Shown: positions 1 through 8,425, counted from the first letter of the stretch. The stretch: 64,000 nt of DNA from Clostridia bacterium (GCA_017502915.1 JAFVUB010000003.1:118506-182505); one strand, 5' to 3'. Numbers and translations are program-made. The notes: a model not told the origin generated them from the letters alone.

Positions 1-544
1 CAAGAAATTTTCTTTTTGTTTCCTCGCGCGATAGAATGAATGAATTAAATTCTTTTTCTTTATCTTTTTCTTCTTCTATTACGTGACATACCGTGACTGT
101 CACATTACTGTCATATGACATGTCATATGACGTGTCATTGACAGCATTAAGAAGCTTCTTTTTTGCCCTTGAGCGTTGCTGTGCAAGCCTGTTCTGCTCA
201 CGGATTTTATCAAGCCCCTCGACGTTCTGATATTTATCCCATGACAATACCTTGATAAATCCCGCGTCGTCCATAATGATCTGCTCGTACAACGCGAGCA
301 CGTCCAAAGCTTTTTGAACGGTCTTAGTTGGTTTTCTAAGCTCCTCGGCAAGTCCATTTACGGTGAATGGTATGTCGGATGTGACGTAGATCATGCCGCC
401 GTCGTTGATAGCTCCTGCCAAGCAAAGAAGCTTGACCCATATAATAAGAATGGTGTCCCCATCCTTCATATGCTCAATCTGTTTGAGCTTGCGGCTCACG
501 TTAAAAGTGTTGACGTATAGCCTTATCCACTGCACGTCTGCCAT
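1..544 (-). CDS. Phage replisome organizer / replication initiator (3' end outside window)
   Basis: Not in ORF track; manual translation from ATG 544 gives MADVQWIRLYVNTFNVSRKLKQIEHMKDGDTILIIWVKLLCLAGAINDGG..., typical of the Phage_rep_org_N domain; RBS GAGGTG. Confidence 0.85.
   Translation of the reverse strand, partial: MADVQWIRLYVNTFNVSRKLKQIEHMKDGDTILIIWVKLLCLAGAINDGGMIYVTSDIPFTVNGLAEELRKPTKTVQKALDVLALYEQIIMDDAGFIKVLSWDKYQNVEGLDKIREQNRLAQQRSRAKKKLLNAVNDTSYDMSYDSNVTVTVCHVIEEEKDKEKEFNSFILSREETKRKFL
35..143. repeat. Putative phage origin: TGTCA/TGACA palindromic iterons plus adjacent AT-rich tract
   Basis: GTGACTGTCAC 93-103, TGTCATATGACA 109-120, TGTCATATGACG 121-132, TGTCATTGACA 133-143; AT-rich, pyrimidine-skewed tract 35-80. 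Confidence 0.65.
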
Positions 545-561
545 AATTCCACCTCACCTCA

Positions 562-1005
562 TCAGAAGGGCAAGTCGGCATCTTTGACATTGTCGAAGTT
601 CGGCTGAGTATATGCCTGCGGAACGTAGCCATAATTGCTCTGTGAGCCGTTTTGTGCCTTGGGTGACGAATTGACCTCGGAATTGTTTTTCGACTCGCAG
701 AAGGAAACCTCGGTGGCAATAACCTCGGTTGCGTAGCGGTTGTTGCCTTGGTTATCTTTCCAAGACCTTGTCTGTAGTTCTCCACAGAGGAGAATCGCAC
801 TTCCCTTCTTGAAGTAATTGCAGATAAACTCTGCGGTCTGCTTCCATGCGACTATGGTTATGAAGTCGCACTTCTTCTCCTCGTCCTTGTTGTATTTGCG
901 GTCAACGGCAAGGCTGAAAGATGTAACAGCCGTTCCACTCTGTGTCTGCTTGAGTTCGGGATCTGCCGTAAGTCTGCCCATAAGAATTACTTTGTTGAAT
1001 GCCAT
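562..1005 (-). CDS. ssb: Phage single-stranded DNA-binding protein
   Basis: MAFNKVILMGRLTADPELKQT OB-fold start; acidic DADLPF C-terminus. Confidence 0.95.
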   Translation of the reverse strand: MAFNKVILMGRLTADPELKQTQSGTAVTSFSLAVDRKYNKDEEKKCDFITIVAWKQTAEFICNYFKKGSAILLCGELQTRSWKDNQGNNRYATEVIATEVSFCESKNNSEVNSSPKAQNGSQSNYGYVPQAYTQPNFDNVKDADLPF

Positions 1006-1006
1006 A

Positions 1007-1231
1007 TTAAACCTCCAATTTATAAATATTAAAGTGAACCGTGCCGAAACGGTTTTTTGATGTGCCTTTCTCGCTTGTTATGTTGTGTCCGAGCCTTTTA
1101 AGTTCCACGATCCTCGCAGGCAACTCCACGATGCCGTACTCACTCATAGCCTGCGCCCTTGTAAGAGTACCCACGTTTCGTAAGTGCCAAAGGATGATAT
1201 CTCTTTGAGTTAGCTTTGTTTTGGTTTCCAT
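1007..1231 (-). CDS. Small phage winged-HTH protein
   Basis: ILWHLRNVGTLTRAQAMSEYGIVELPARIVELKRLGHNI; start coupled to upstream stop (TAATG). Confidence 0.7.
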   Translation of the reverse strand: METKTKLTQRDIILWHLRNVGTLTRAQAMSEYGIVELPARIVELKRLGHNITSEKGTSKNRFGTVHFNIYKLEV

Positions 1232-1752
1232 TATATTTGCCACCTCGCTTTCATCTCTGCTATCTGATTGGGTGTCTCTGTCTGTATGCCGAGTCCCTTC
1301 GCCTCGCTCACCACACCGTCAATGAATATGCTCATCTCTCTTGTGTCAAACTCGCTTGAGCCTTTGTATACTCGGTAATGGGTAAAGTCCTTGCCGTTCA
1401 GCTTGCTCTCCCCTGCCTCCTCGTAATACTTGACATAGTTCTCTATAGGGACATGGGAAAGAACGCTTATGAGTTCGCTCTGCCCATACCGCTTGAGGCA
1501 TTTAAGATATATCTCATCCTTCCCTGCTCTTACGGCATCGGCAATCTGTCCAATCAGAAGCCAAGCATAGGCATTGGCATTAAGGCTTCGCCTCTCTCTG
1601 TAAGGCTTGACCTCTATGGAGAGCTTGTCCTTCTCTCTCATCTCGTCAACGAGCATCTCAAAATCATTCCTCTCGTTGACCTCGAATAAAAGCTGTGGCT
1701 TTTTGGTCTTAAAGTCGATATTCGCGCCGACAATCTTTCCGCTAATCTTCAA
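1231..1752 (-). CDS. NinB/Orf-like phage recombination protein
   Basis: RRSLNANAYAW and SSEFDTREMSIFID motifs; position within recombination module. Confidence 0.65.
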   Translation of the reverse strand: MKISGKIVGANIDFKTKKPQLLFEVNERNDFEMLVDEMREKDKLSIEVKPYRERRSLNANAYAWLLIGQIADAVRAGKDEIYLKCLKRYGQSELISVLSHVPIENYVKYYEEAGESKLNGKDFTHYRVYKGSSEFDTREMSIFIDGVVSEAKGLGIQTETPNQIAEMKARWQI

Positions 1753-2300
1753 ATAGGATACCTCCCTTCATTTAAGCACTCCGCAAGGCACTTCAGCTTC
1801 GGCAGATACACCTCGTTAATCCACGTCTCATCGTAGGTGAGGACAATCGCACCTCGTCTTTCGGGGTCTATCTCGTGGAAATAATTATCGTAGTCCCCCT
1901 CCGTGAGTCCGTAGATGATTATCTGTGCCTTCCGCAGACCCGATGCAAACATCTGCACCTGAACCTGCTGAATGTACTTGCGAGGGATATTAAAGCCTTT
2001 CTCCCACTTGTATGTCTTACACTCGTAGATGGTGTCCTCGGTGTTTCCATCAAGGTTGACACGGAGCCTGAGATCCTCAAGGATAATCTGTCTGTCGAAC
2101 TCCATCGGAACGTCGAGCGACTCAAGGATACGCCTTTCGTAGTGAGTCCCGGCAAGAGTGTATTTGTTGTCAAAGTGGTCTCGGTTGATGCCTATCTTCT
2201 GCATCCACCACTTCTCAAAGGTCTTGGTCTTCCAATTCCCAACGATCTTGTCGGTATCGGATGCACCGAAATAACCGCTTCTGTCCTTATCCGCTATCAT
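1749..2300 (-). CDS. YqaJ / lambda-exonuclease family nuclease
   Basis: FGASD, GTHYE, NLDG, YECKT and YIQQVQVQM motifs. Confidence 0.85.
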   Translation of the reverse strand: MIADKDRSGYFGASDTDKIVGNWKTKTFEKWWMQKIGINRDHFDNKYTLAGTHYERRILESLDVPMEFDRQIILEDLRLRVNLDGNTEDTIYECKTYKWEKGFNIPRKYIQQVQVQMFASGLRKAQIIIYGLTEGDYDNYFHEIDPERRGAIVLTYDETWINEVYLPKLKCLAECLNEGRYPI

Positions 2301-2914
2301 AACTTCAAGAGATCCTGCTCAAATCTGTCAATCTGCGAGAAGAAGGTAAACAGCACTTTAATCTCGTCCTCGGTCTTGTTCAGCGCGGCGGCGATCTCTT
2401 TGGTGGTCATACCCTTGCGAATGAGACGAGTGTAAGCCTGCTGAACTCGCTCCTCTATGCTTCTGATGGAGTGCTTGTAAATATCGTCCTCCTGAGCCTC
2501 AAGCTCGTCCTTCGACCAAAGCGAGAAGCCGAGACCGTAACGGAGAGCTATCGCCTTGACGAACGCTCTTGCCATAGCCTTGAACACCACGTTTTGATTG
2601 AGCGAATTGTCTTTAACGGGGTTGATGCCGTTGAGCAAGGGATAACTGTAGATGAAGCTGTCATCGTCTACCACGACCTCGATGCGAACCTCGTAGCATC
2701 TATTTGTGTTGCACTTGTTATCGGTGAAGGTTTGCTCGGACATAAACAAGCTGCTTCCGTTCTCGTTGTATATTGGGGTAAAGAATACTCTCTCCGCGCC
2801 GTGTTCGTGCAGAAGGTCTACCACCGTTGCCCACGGCAGATAGTCCGCACCGTCTCTCTGCTTGACATAAGGAGAGACATCTATCTTTCTCATTTCATTA
2901 AAACTTTTAAGCAT
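2297..2914 (-). CDS. Sak3 (DUF1071)-like single-strand annealing recombinase
   Basis: YLPWA motif and RAFVKAIALRYGLGFSLW; next to exonuclease. Confidence 0.8.
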   Translation of the reverse strand: MLKSFNEMRKIDVSPYVKQRDGADYLPWATVVDLLHEHGAERVFFTPIYNENGSSLFMSEQTFTDNKCNTNRCYEVRIEVVVDDDSFIYSYPLLNGINPVKDNSLNQNVVFKAMARAFVKAIALRYGLGFSLWSKDELEAQEDDIYKHSIRSIEERVQQAYTRLIRKGMTTKEIAAALNKTEDEIKVLFTFFSQIDRFEQDLLKL

Positions 2915-2917
2915 TAT

Positions 2918-3118
2918 TTAATCCTCCGTATTTTTTATAAACATTTTCTTGAGGCACTCCTCACAGAGATCCTCGCCATCTACCACATAGATTTCCTCGA
3001 TCTCGCTGTCACAATGGTCGCAATAGTGAACCTTGACGCTTCTCAAAGAACAACTTGTCCCCCTACACGGATATCCCGGCACGGCACAATCGCAACAATG
3101 ATTCTCAATCCTCAGCAC
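2918..3118 (-). CDS. Small Cys-rich zinc-finger phage protein
   Basis: CCDC...C...C and CDHC...CEEC. Confidence 0.7.
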   Translation of the reverse strand: MLRIENHCCDCAVPGYPCRGTSCSLRSVKVHYCDHCDSEIEEIYVVDGEDLCEECLKKMFIKNTED

Positions 3119-3248
3119 GACCCTCGCCCCTTTCTTTCAGCTTCTCCTCAAGTATTTTAATCTTATAATCTCGCATGCTGATATCGATCTCAAGCTCTCG
3201 TATCTTTTCAGCAAGTGTTTTTATGATGGTATCAGTTGTTGCATTCAT
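3105..3248 (-). CDS. Small phage coiled-coil protein (47 aa)
   Basis: Manual ORF MNATTDTIIKTLAEKIRELEIDISMRDYKIKILEEKLKERGEGRAED; overlaps both neighbours. Confidence 0.6.
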   Translation of the reverse strand: MNATTDTIIKTLAEKIRELEIDISMRDYKIKILEEKLKERGEGRAED

Positions 3249-3411
3249 TCCTTATCCCCTCCAGCTTGCATATCCTTCTTAATGCCGTCTTTATAATCTT
3301 CTTTTTTTTGATTAATTTCGAAAACTCCTTGGAATCCGCATGATCGTTGGCTTCCATATGTAATATTGCTTCGTCAAGGGAATCAAGCTCTCGTTTTAAT
3401 AGTTCTATCAT
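3232..3411 (-). CDS. Small phage protein (59 aa)
   Basis: Manual ORF MIELLKRELDSLDEAILHMEAND...; RBS GAGG; fills the operon gap. Confidence 0.6.
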   Translation of the reverse strand: MIELLKRELDSLDEAILHMEANDHADSKEFSKLIKKKKIIKTALRRICKLEGIRNECNN

Positions 3412-3414
3412 TTT

Positions 3415-3648
3415 TTAATCCTCGCCTTCATCGTTAAACTCAGGCACCTGACCGCAAACATCAAAGAGCCATTCTGAAAATTTTTTCTTAAAAACAATAA
3501 ACACCTTGCGGCTTCGCTCAATGCACACTGCAAACGGGAATACTCCCTGCTCGATGCCATCGCGCAACGTCACCGTCTCGATCTGAATACCGGCAGCTCG
3601 CATCAAAGATGCCGCTTCCTCGGTCGTGATGGTTGCTTTAGTCTTCAT
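3415..3648 (-). CDS. Excisionase-like / HTH DNA-binding protein
   Basis: ITTEEAASLM...LRDGIEQGVFPFA pattern typical of phage Xis-like proteins. Confidence 0.6.
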   Translation of the reverse strand: MKTKATITTEEAASLMRAAGIQIETVTLRDGIEQGVFPFAVCIERSRKVFIVFKKKFSEWLFDVCGQVPEFNDEGED

Positions 3649-3883
3649 AATCAGCACCCATCTTTTCAGCCTTATACACCGCATCAAGCATCTCTCTTGT
3701 GATACCTGCTTTCAAAAGAGCCTTACCTTTTTTCTCAAGGTCTCGTAGCTGATAAAGATACTGCCTGCGCTTGTAGCGCAACCTCGCCTCTCTTCTTGCA
3801 AGCGCTACCGCCTCCGAAGCATTAAGCCTCTCGATCTCGCGCTCAACCTGCTCGTCTGTGAGCCCGTATACTTTCTTTTCCAT
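3638..3883 (-). CDS. Hypothetical phage protein
   Basis: MEKKVYGLTDEQVEREIERL...; RBS AGGAGG. Confidence 0.7.
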   Translation of the reverse strand: MEKKVYGLTDEQVEREIERLNASEAVALARREARLRYKRRQYLYQLRDLEKKGKALLKAGITREMLDAVYKAEKMGADYED

Positions 3884-3939
3884 CTTAAATCCTCCTATTA
3901 AATTTTCGTGATATACTCTCCCACGAAGGGTCGCTTTGG

Positions 3940-4074
3940 TTATTTCAATAATTGCACTATTGAAATAATAATTGCAATAATCGACATTACGATCGAGGGC
4001 AAACATATCAGCCAATAATTTACTTTTCGCTCACATTGCTCCTGCTCCGGCGGGAGCTTTTTCTTTTTTCTCAT
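3940..4074 (-). CDS. Small single-pass membrane phage protein (44 aa)
   Basis: Manual ORF MRKKKKLPPEQEQCERKVNYWLICLPSIVMSIIAIIISIVQLLK; RBS GAGAGG right after cro. Confidence 0.6.
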   Translation of the reverse strand: MRKKKKLPPEQEQCERKVNYWLICLPSIVMSIIAIIISIVQLLK

Positions 4075-4085
4075 TTTTCCGCCTC

Positions 4086-4289
4086 TCACTCCAATTCCAG
4101 TATTTCTTTGATTGCTGTAAGAACTTTGTCGTTCTCGTTTTTGCCCGTCATAATCTTATTTAGATACGACGAGTCAAAGTAAAGCCCCGTTTTCTTTTTA
4201 ACCTCGGAAATAAGCCAATCCTGAGTCAGATCTCTCATGATGAGAGCGAACTTTATCTTTTTCCCGAATTCAGTAAACTTACCTTTCAT
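4086..4289 (-). CDS. Cro-like XRE repressor
   Basis: 67-aa HTH (LTQDWLISEV...SYLNKIMTG); divergent from cI; RBS AAGGAGG. Confidence 0.85.
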   Translation of the reverse strand: MKGKFTEFGKKIKFALIMRDLTQDWLISEVKKKTGLYFDSSYLNKIMTGKNENDKVLTAIKEILELE

Positions 4290-4319
4290 ATATCCTCCTT
4301 CCTTTTTTCAATAAAGGTA

Positions 4320-4348
4320 TTGACAATTACAGAAAAGTGTAATATAAT
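4320..4348 (+). promoter_or_regulatory. SigA promoter for cI (lysogeny)
   Basis: TTGACA-17 bp-TATAAT, perfect consensus. Confidence 0.85.
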
Positions 4349-4447
4349 GAAAGCACCACCAATCAAAACCACAGAATTCTGTAACCGACAATTACATTTT
4401 ATTACAAAATTCCGTAATTGTCAATAGTAATTTCCAGAATTCCGTAA
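4327..4447. promoter_or_regulatory. Four 16-bp palindromic operators, consensus TTACRGAATTCYGTAA
   Basis: TTACAGAAAAGTGTAA 4327, CCACAGAATTCTGTAA 4369, TTACAAAATTCCGTAA 4402, TTCCAGAATTCCGTAA 4432. Confidence 0.8.
4396..4424 (-). promoter_or_regulatory. SigA promoter for cro / lytic arm
   Basis: TTGACA-17 bp-TAAAAT on minus strand. Confidence 0.8.
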
Positions 4448-4481
4448 TTTCGTCATTGTTTCTAAAACGGAGGATACAATT

Positions 4482-4829
4482 ATGGATGATTTGTACAACA
4501 GACTTAAAACTCTTTGCGACAAAAAAGGAGTTTCGTTAGCGAAAATGTGTTCTGAGGCGGGAATTCCTAAAAGCACCCCCACCGAACTTAAAATGGGAAG
4601 AACTAAAACTCTTTCGTCGTCCGCTATGATCAAAGTAGCCAATTATTTTGGTGTTTCAGTAGAATATATAGCCGGCAAAACCGACCAAAAAGAAAAAGCC
4701 CCCGCCGCAGTAAGCGACGAGGACGTGAAGGTAGCCCTGTTCGGAGGCGACACTGAGGTCACCGACGAAATGTGGCACGAGGTAATGAATTATGCAGAAT
4801 TCCTTAAGCAGAAATACGGAAAAAGTTGA
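4482..4829 (+). CDS. CI/ImmR-like XRE repressor (no S24 peptidase domain)
   Basis: N-terminal HTH (KVANYFGVSVEYIAG), short C-terminal domain; followed by ImmA. Confidence 0.9.
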   Translation: MDDLYNRLKTLCDKKGVSLAKMCSEAGIPKSTPTELKMGRTKTLSSSAMIKVANYFGVSVEYIAGKTDQKEKAPAAVSDEDVKVALFGGDTEVTDEMWHEVMNYAEFLKQKYGKS

Positions 4830-5256
4830 AAGACTCTATAAATTAGCCGAAGAAAATAATATACCGATAGACGAAACGTGCCCCGAGAGCCTTATTTCTA
4901 TGTCTGTGAGACTTTCGGACGGAAAGAAGATCATTGGCCTGTCAAACGACGAAAACACAGTATACACAAAGCTTGAGTGTCTGGCGCACGAGATGGGGCA
5001 CTGTATGACCGATAGCTTTTACGCGGGCTTCTCCCCCTTCGAGCTTCGAGAAAAGCACGAATATAAAGCGAACGTATGGGCGGCAAACGAGATCGTCGCC
5101 TTCCCCGCCCTCTGCAAAGCCGTGAATGACGGTATGCGCGAGCTTTGGGAGCTGGCCGAGCACTTCGGAGTCAGCCATGCATTTATGGAAAAAGCAATAA
5201 AGCTCCACGAGCAGAACGGCAACACCGTCCCCCCGGAGCTTTACGCGGAGAATTAA
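4792..5256 (+). CDS. ImmA/IrrE family metallopeptidase (anti-repressor)
   Basis: LAHEMGH, E-x-x-A-N-x-W-A and LAEHFGVS motifs; start uncertain. Confidence 0.9.
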   Translation: MQNSLSRNTEKVERLYKLAEENNIPIDETCPESLISMSVRLSDGKKIIGLSNDENTVYTKLECLAHEMGHCMTDSFYAGFSPFELREKHEYKANVWAANEIVAFPALCKAVNDGMRELWELAEHFGVSHAFMEKAIKLHEQNGNTVPPELYAEN

Positions 5257-5282
5257 AAAGCATCATCTGAAAGGAAAATAAT

Positions 5283-5699
5283 ATGTTTGGTAACAATTTC
5301 AAGAAGAACTCCAAAAGGCTCGTCGATATATGCGAACATTTCATAGATGAATATGAATTACAAGCGACACGTAAAATTCCCTCATGTAAAAATGATATGT
5401 TAGCGGAAATCAAGGCAAGAGTTGAAGCGGATAAGAAAGATGTAGCTACTTGGAAAGATTACGATACTGACTATATAGAAATCGCCCACTCCCTTTTGGC
5501 ACATGCTTCGTTTGATCTGCTGGCGTCAGGTCGTTACCATATATATTATGGTGTGCTAAATCCTATGCGATGCTCTTCGTGCCTAATGGCTGTTTATAAC
5601 GGATCAATGATGTGGGCAGTAAATAAAGGACTTATTGATGAAAACACACGTAAAGAGCAATATAGTTATTTAATTAAGTGTATCGGTGAAGTAGGATAA
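5283..5699 (+). CDS. Hypothetical prophage cargo protein (soluble, 138 aa)
   Basis: ORF with RBS GAAAGGA; AT-rich; no family recognised. Confidence 0.75.
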   Translation: MFGNNFKKNSKRLVDICEHFIDEYELQATRKIPSCKNDMLAEIKARVEADKKDVATWKDYDTDYIEIAHSLLAHASFDLLASGRYHIYYGVLNPMRCSSCLMAVYNGSMMWAVNKGLIDENTRKEQYSYLIKCIGEVG

Positions 5700-5727
5700 A
5701 TTGAAAAAACGCAAAGGAGAAAATGTT

Positions 5728-6723
5728 ATGTCCAGAGAACTCGATTTTATCAATTTTATCGATGATTTGGCGGAAAGCGAGGGGCGCGATATAGCACAAG
5801 AGGTGAAGCTACCATCAAACCGCGACCTTATCACAAACGCAATAGCTAATATCGACGATTATCCCAACGAGAAAGATGTTCTGTTAAAATACAAAAACAC
5901 TATGCTGAAATTATCACAATCATCAGGAACAGTACAAACAGAAAACCTCGAAAACGAACTGCAAAAGCTTGAAGAAAAGCTACAAGACGTAATCGCGGCT
6001 GAAAATCGTAAAGCCTTTTCTGTCGCTGTAAAAAAAGGGCTGAAAGAGATCGAAAGACTTAGAGCGATTTACGATAGCCAAAAAAACAATTGCAGTGTCA
6101 ATCCCGAAAGCCTTGAACGCGCCATAAACAGTTCTGCGGAAAACGAAGCGAAGAAATCAGAACGAGCCTACATATATGCAACCGCCGCCAACGGCATGGA
6201 GGTAAGGATTCCGACTGATAGATATGAACAGTGGAAAGCGGCACAGGACCGTATACGGCAAGGTCAAACGGATAATTCTACCTCGGACACCGCAAAGTGT
6301 TTGGCAGAGCTTATGAAAGGCAAAAAAGACGATACCTCCGGATCGCAGTCAACCCCGGCCCGCCCGGCGATGAATAACGTTCCCGCACCACTGCTATTTT
6401 GTGTCATAGCCTCGGTTGTTACAGCTGCACTATACTTTATTGGAATGGCCGACCTTGCCTATGGTTATTATACATTTCTGCGTGTGTTTTCTTTGATTTC
6501 ACTACCTATCATAGTATTGGTATATATAATCACAACCGGCAAAATAAATACGCCCATGACTTACGTCCCGTCCGTAATTTGGATTTTGTTTAATCCGATC
6601 TTCCCGATATATTTGGATAAGGATACGTGGGTAGTGTTGGATCTGATTTGCGGCATCGCAATGATTGCCTGCGCAATATATGTATTGATCGCCCACGCAA
6701 TATCGAATCATACAAAGCAGTAA
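5728..6723 (+). CDS. Prophage cargo: coiled-coil N-terminus plus C-terminal DUF6804-like membrane domain
   Basis: YGYYTFLR...ILFNPIFPIYLDKDTWVVLD resembles DUF6804; about 4 hydrophobic segments; RBS AAGGAG. Confidence 0.65.
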   Translation: MSRELDFINFIDDLAESEGRDIAQEVKLPSNRDLITNAIANIDDYPNEKDVLLKYKNTMLKLSQSSGTVQTENLENELQKLEEKLQDVIAAENRKAFSVAVKKGLKEIERLRAIYDSQKNNCSVNPESLERAINSSAENEAKKSERAYIYATAANGMEVRIPTDRYEQWKAAQDRIRQGQTDNSTSDTAKCLAELMKGKKDDTSGSQSTPARPAMNNVPAPLLFCVIASVVTAALYFIGMADLAYGYYTFLRVFSLISLPIIVLVYIITTGKINTPMTYVPSVIWILFNPIFPIYLDKDTWVVLDLICGIAMIACAIYVLIAHAISNHTKQ

Positions 6724-6756
6724 AAAGCAAAAAACAAGTAAGAAGGAGTTATAATT

Positions 6757-7206
6757 ATGAATAACAATCAAAAAGACCCATTATCAGCTCAGACACACAA
6801 ACAACGCCCTAACGTGCTGCTGGCTATTATCTTTGCCATATTAGCAATCATTATTGTTTATAGTTGTTCCGCTATAATACTTACGCTGGCTTTGTTGGTG
6901 GTTCGCGCAATAACTTCAATTCCGTTATTTAGTTTTTTAACAAATGTTTTTTCAAATAGCTTTTTAATCGAAATCCTCTATGGAATCTGTGCATATCTTG
7001 CTTGTTACACAGTTGTTTTTGTATTTGAAAAAGCAATAAAGAAAAAGCCTACAAAGAACTTAAGCTTAATGATTGCAGGCATAGCTTTAATAGCAATAAA
7101 TGTACTGTTCTTAATCGTCAACTTGATATTCGGAGCTTCAATTCTTACAAATATTGCATTGGGAACCGCCGGATTTGTATTGATTTGTGGCGGAATGGAC
7201 AAATGA
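6757..7206 (+). CDS. Prophage cargo: hypothetical multi-pass membrane protein
   Basis: About 4 hydrophobic segments; RBS AAGGAG; low GC. Confidence 0.75.
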   Translation: MNNNQKDPLSAQTHKQRPNVLLAIIFAILAIIIVYSCSAIILTLALLVVRAITSIPLFSFLTNVFSNSFLIEILYGICAYLACYTVVFVFEKAIKKKPTKNLSLMIAGIALIAINVLFLIVNLIFGASILTNIALGTAGFVLICGGMDK

Positions 7207-8372
7207 CCTGCATCAAATGTAAAAAAGAGATAGAAGACGGTAGTATCTACTGCCGATTTTGCGGGAAGAAGCAAACGGAAACGCCAAAGCCAAAGGCGCT
7301 CAAGCGTGCCAACGGTACGGGAACTATAACCAAGCTCTCGGGCAGAAGAAAAAAGCCTTGGTGCGTAAGGGTAACGATAGAGAGTAACGGTGTCCGCAAA
7401 AGAGTTGTTGCCGGGTGTTATGAGCGCAAGACCGATGCGCTGATCGAGCTTGAAAGAATAAACAACCTTGGCGGTCTGCCCGAATTCCATAACATCAGCG
7501 TTACCGCCGCTCGCGATCTTTGGATGGAAAAGCATTATGACAGCTTAAGTGAAAGCGGACGGACGAATTACAATACGGCTTGGGGTCACTTCCCCGACCA
7601 TATAAAAAAGATGAAGATCTCCGAGATAAAAGCCTATCATATTCAAAGCATAATCGATGCCGCAGAAAAGAAAGGCTTGTCCTGTTCGTCTTGCCAAAAG
7701 ATCAAGCAGCTCGCCTCTCAGCTCTGCCAATGGGCAATGCAAAACGACGTTATTGATAAGAACTACGCGCAGTTTGTAGAGATCAATGCCCCGGCTTCAA
7801 CTCCGCGAGAACCGTTCACAGGCGAGGAGCTTAATAAGATATGGACATATTACAAGCACTCGGGTGACCTGACAGCGGGCATTATACTTCTCCTTTGTCA
7901 TACAGGTTTGAGAATGGATGAGCTTCTTTCGATGAAAAAGACCGACTATTTCAACGGTTGTCTGCACGGCGGAAGCAAGACCGAAAAAGGCATGAACAGA
8001 TCCGTGCCGGTTCCCGACGTCATGCTCCCGATAGTCGATGCCATACTCGCCGAAGAGGGCGAGTATTTTGTAAGCAACGCTGACGGAAATAAGTATGACC
8101 CCAAGAATTGGCGCAATAGACGCTATTATAAAGCCCTTGAGGCGGCAGGGTTTGACGAGGAACTTATTAAACGCCGCACCCCTCATAGTTGTCGGCATAC
8201 ATACGCAACGCTCTGTGCAAGGCAAAAAATGGACGATAAGGCATTGCAGGATATTCTCGGTCACGAAGATATATCAACGACAAAAAATATCTATACACAC
8301 ACCGACGAGGAATACCTCAAAGCTGCGGCAAAAGACCTCTGTTTTATCGACGTAAAAGCTTGCGGTTGGTAA
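7203..8372 (+). CDS. int: Tyrosine recombinase / integrase with N-terminal zinc ribbon
   Basis: CxxC...CxxC N-terminus; TGLR, HSCRH and LGH...IY catalytic motifs intact. Confidence 0.95.
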   Translation: MTCIKCKKEIEDGSIYCRFCGKKQTETPKPKALKRANGTGTITKLSGRRKKPWCVRVTIESNGVRKRVVAGCYERKTDALIELERINNLGGLPEFHNISVTAARDLWMEKHYDSLSESGRTNYNTAWGHFPDHIKKMKISEIKAYHIQSIIDAAEKKGLSCSSCQKIKQLASQLCQWAMQNDVIDKNYAQFVEINAPASTPREPFTGEELNKIWTYYKHSGDLTAGIILLLCHTGLRMDELLSMKKTDYFNGCLHGGSKTEKGMNRSVPVPDVMLPIVDAILAEEGEYFVSNADGNKYDPKNWRNRRYYKALEAAGFDEELIKRRTPHSCRHTYATLCARQKMDDKALQDILGHEDISTTKNIYTHTDEEYLKAAAKDLCFIDVKACGW

Positions 8373-8425
8373 CAGGTAGACAACAAATCACCTAAAAAAC
8401 CTTATTTTATAAGACCTTTATCCCA

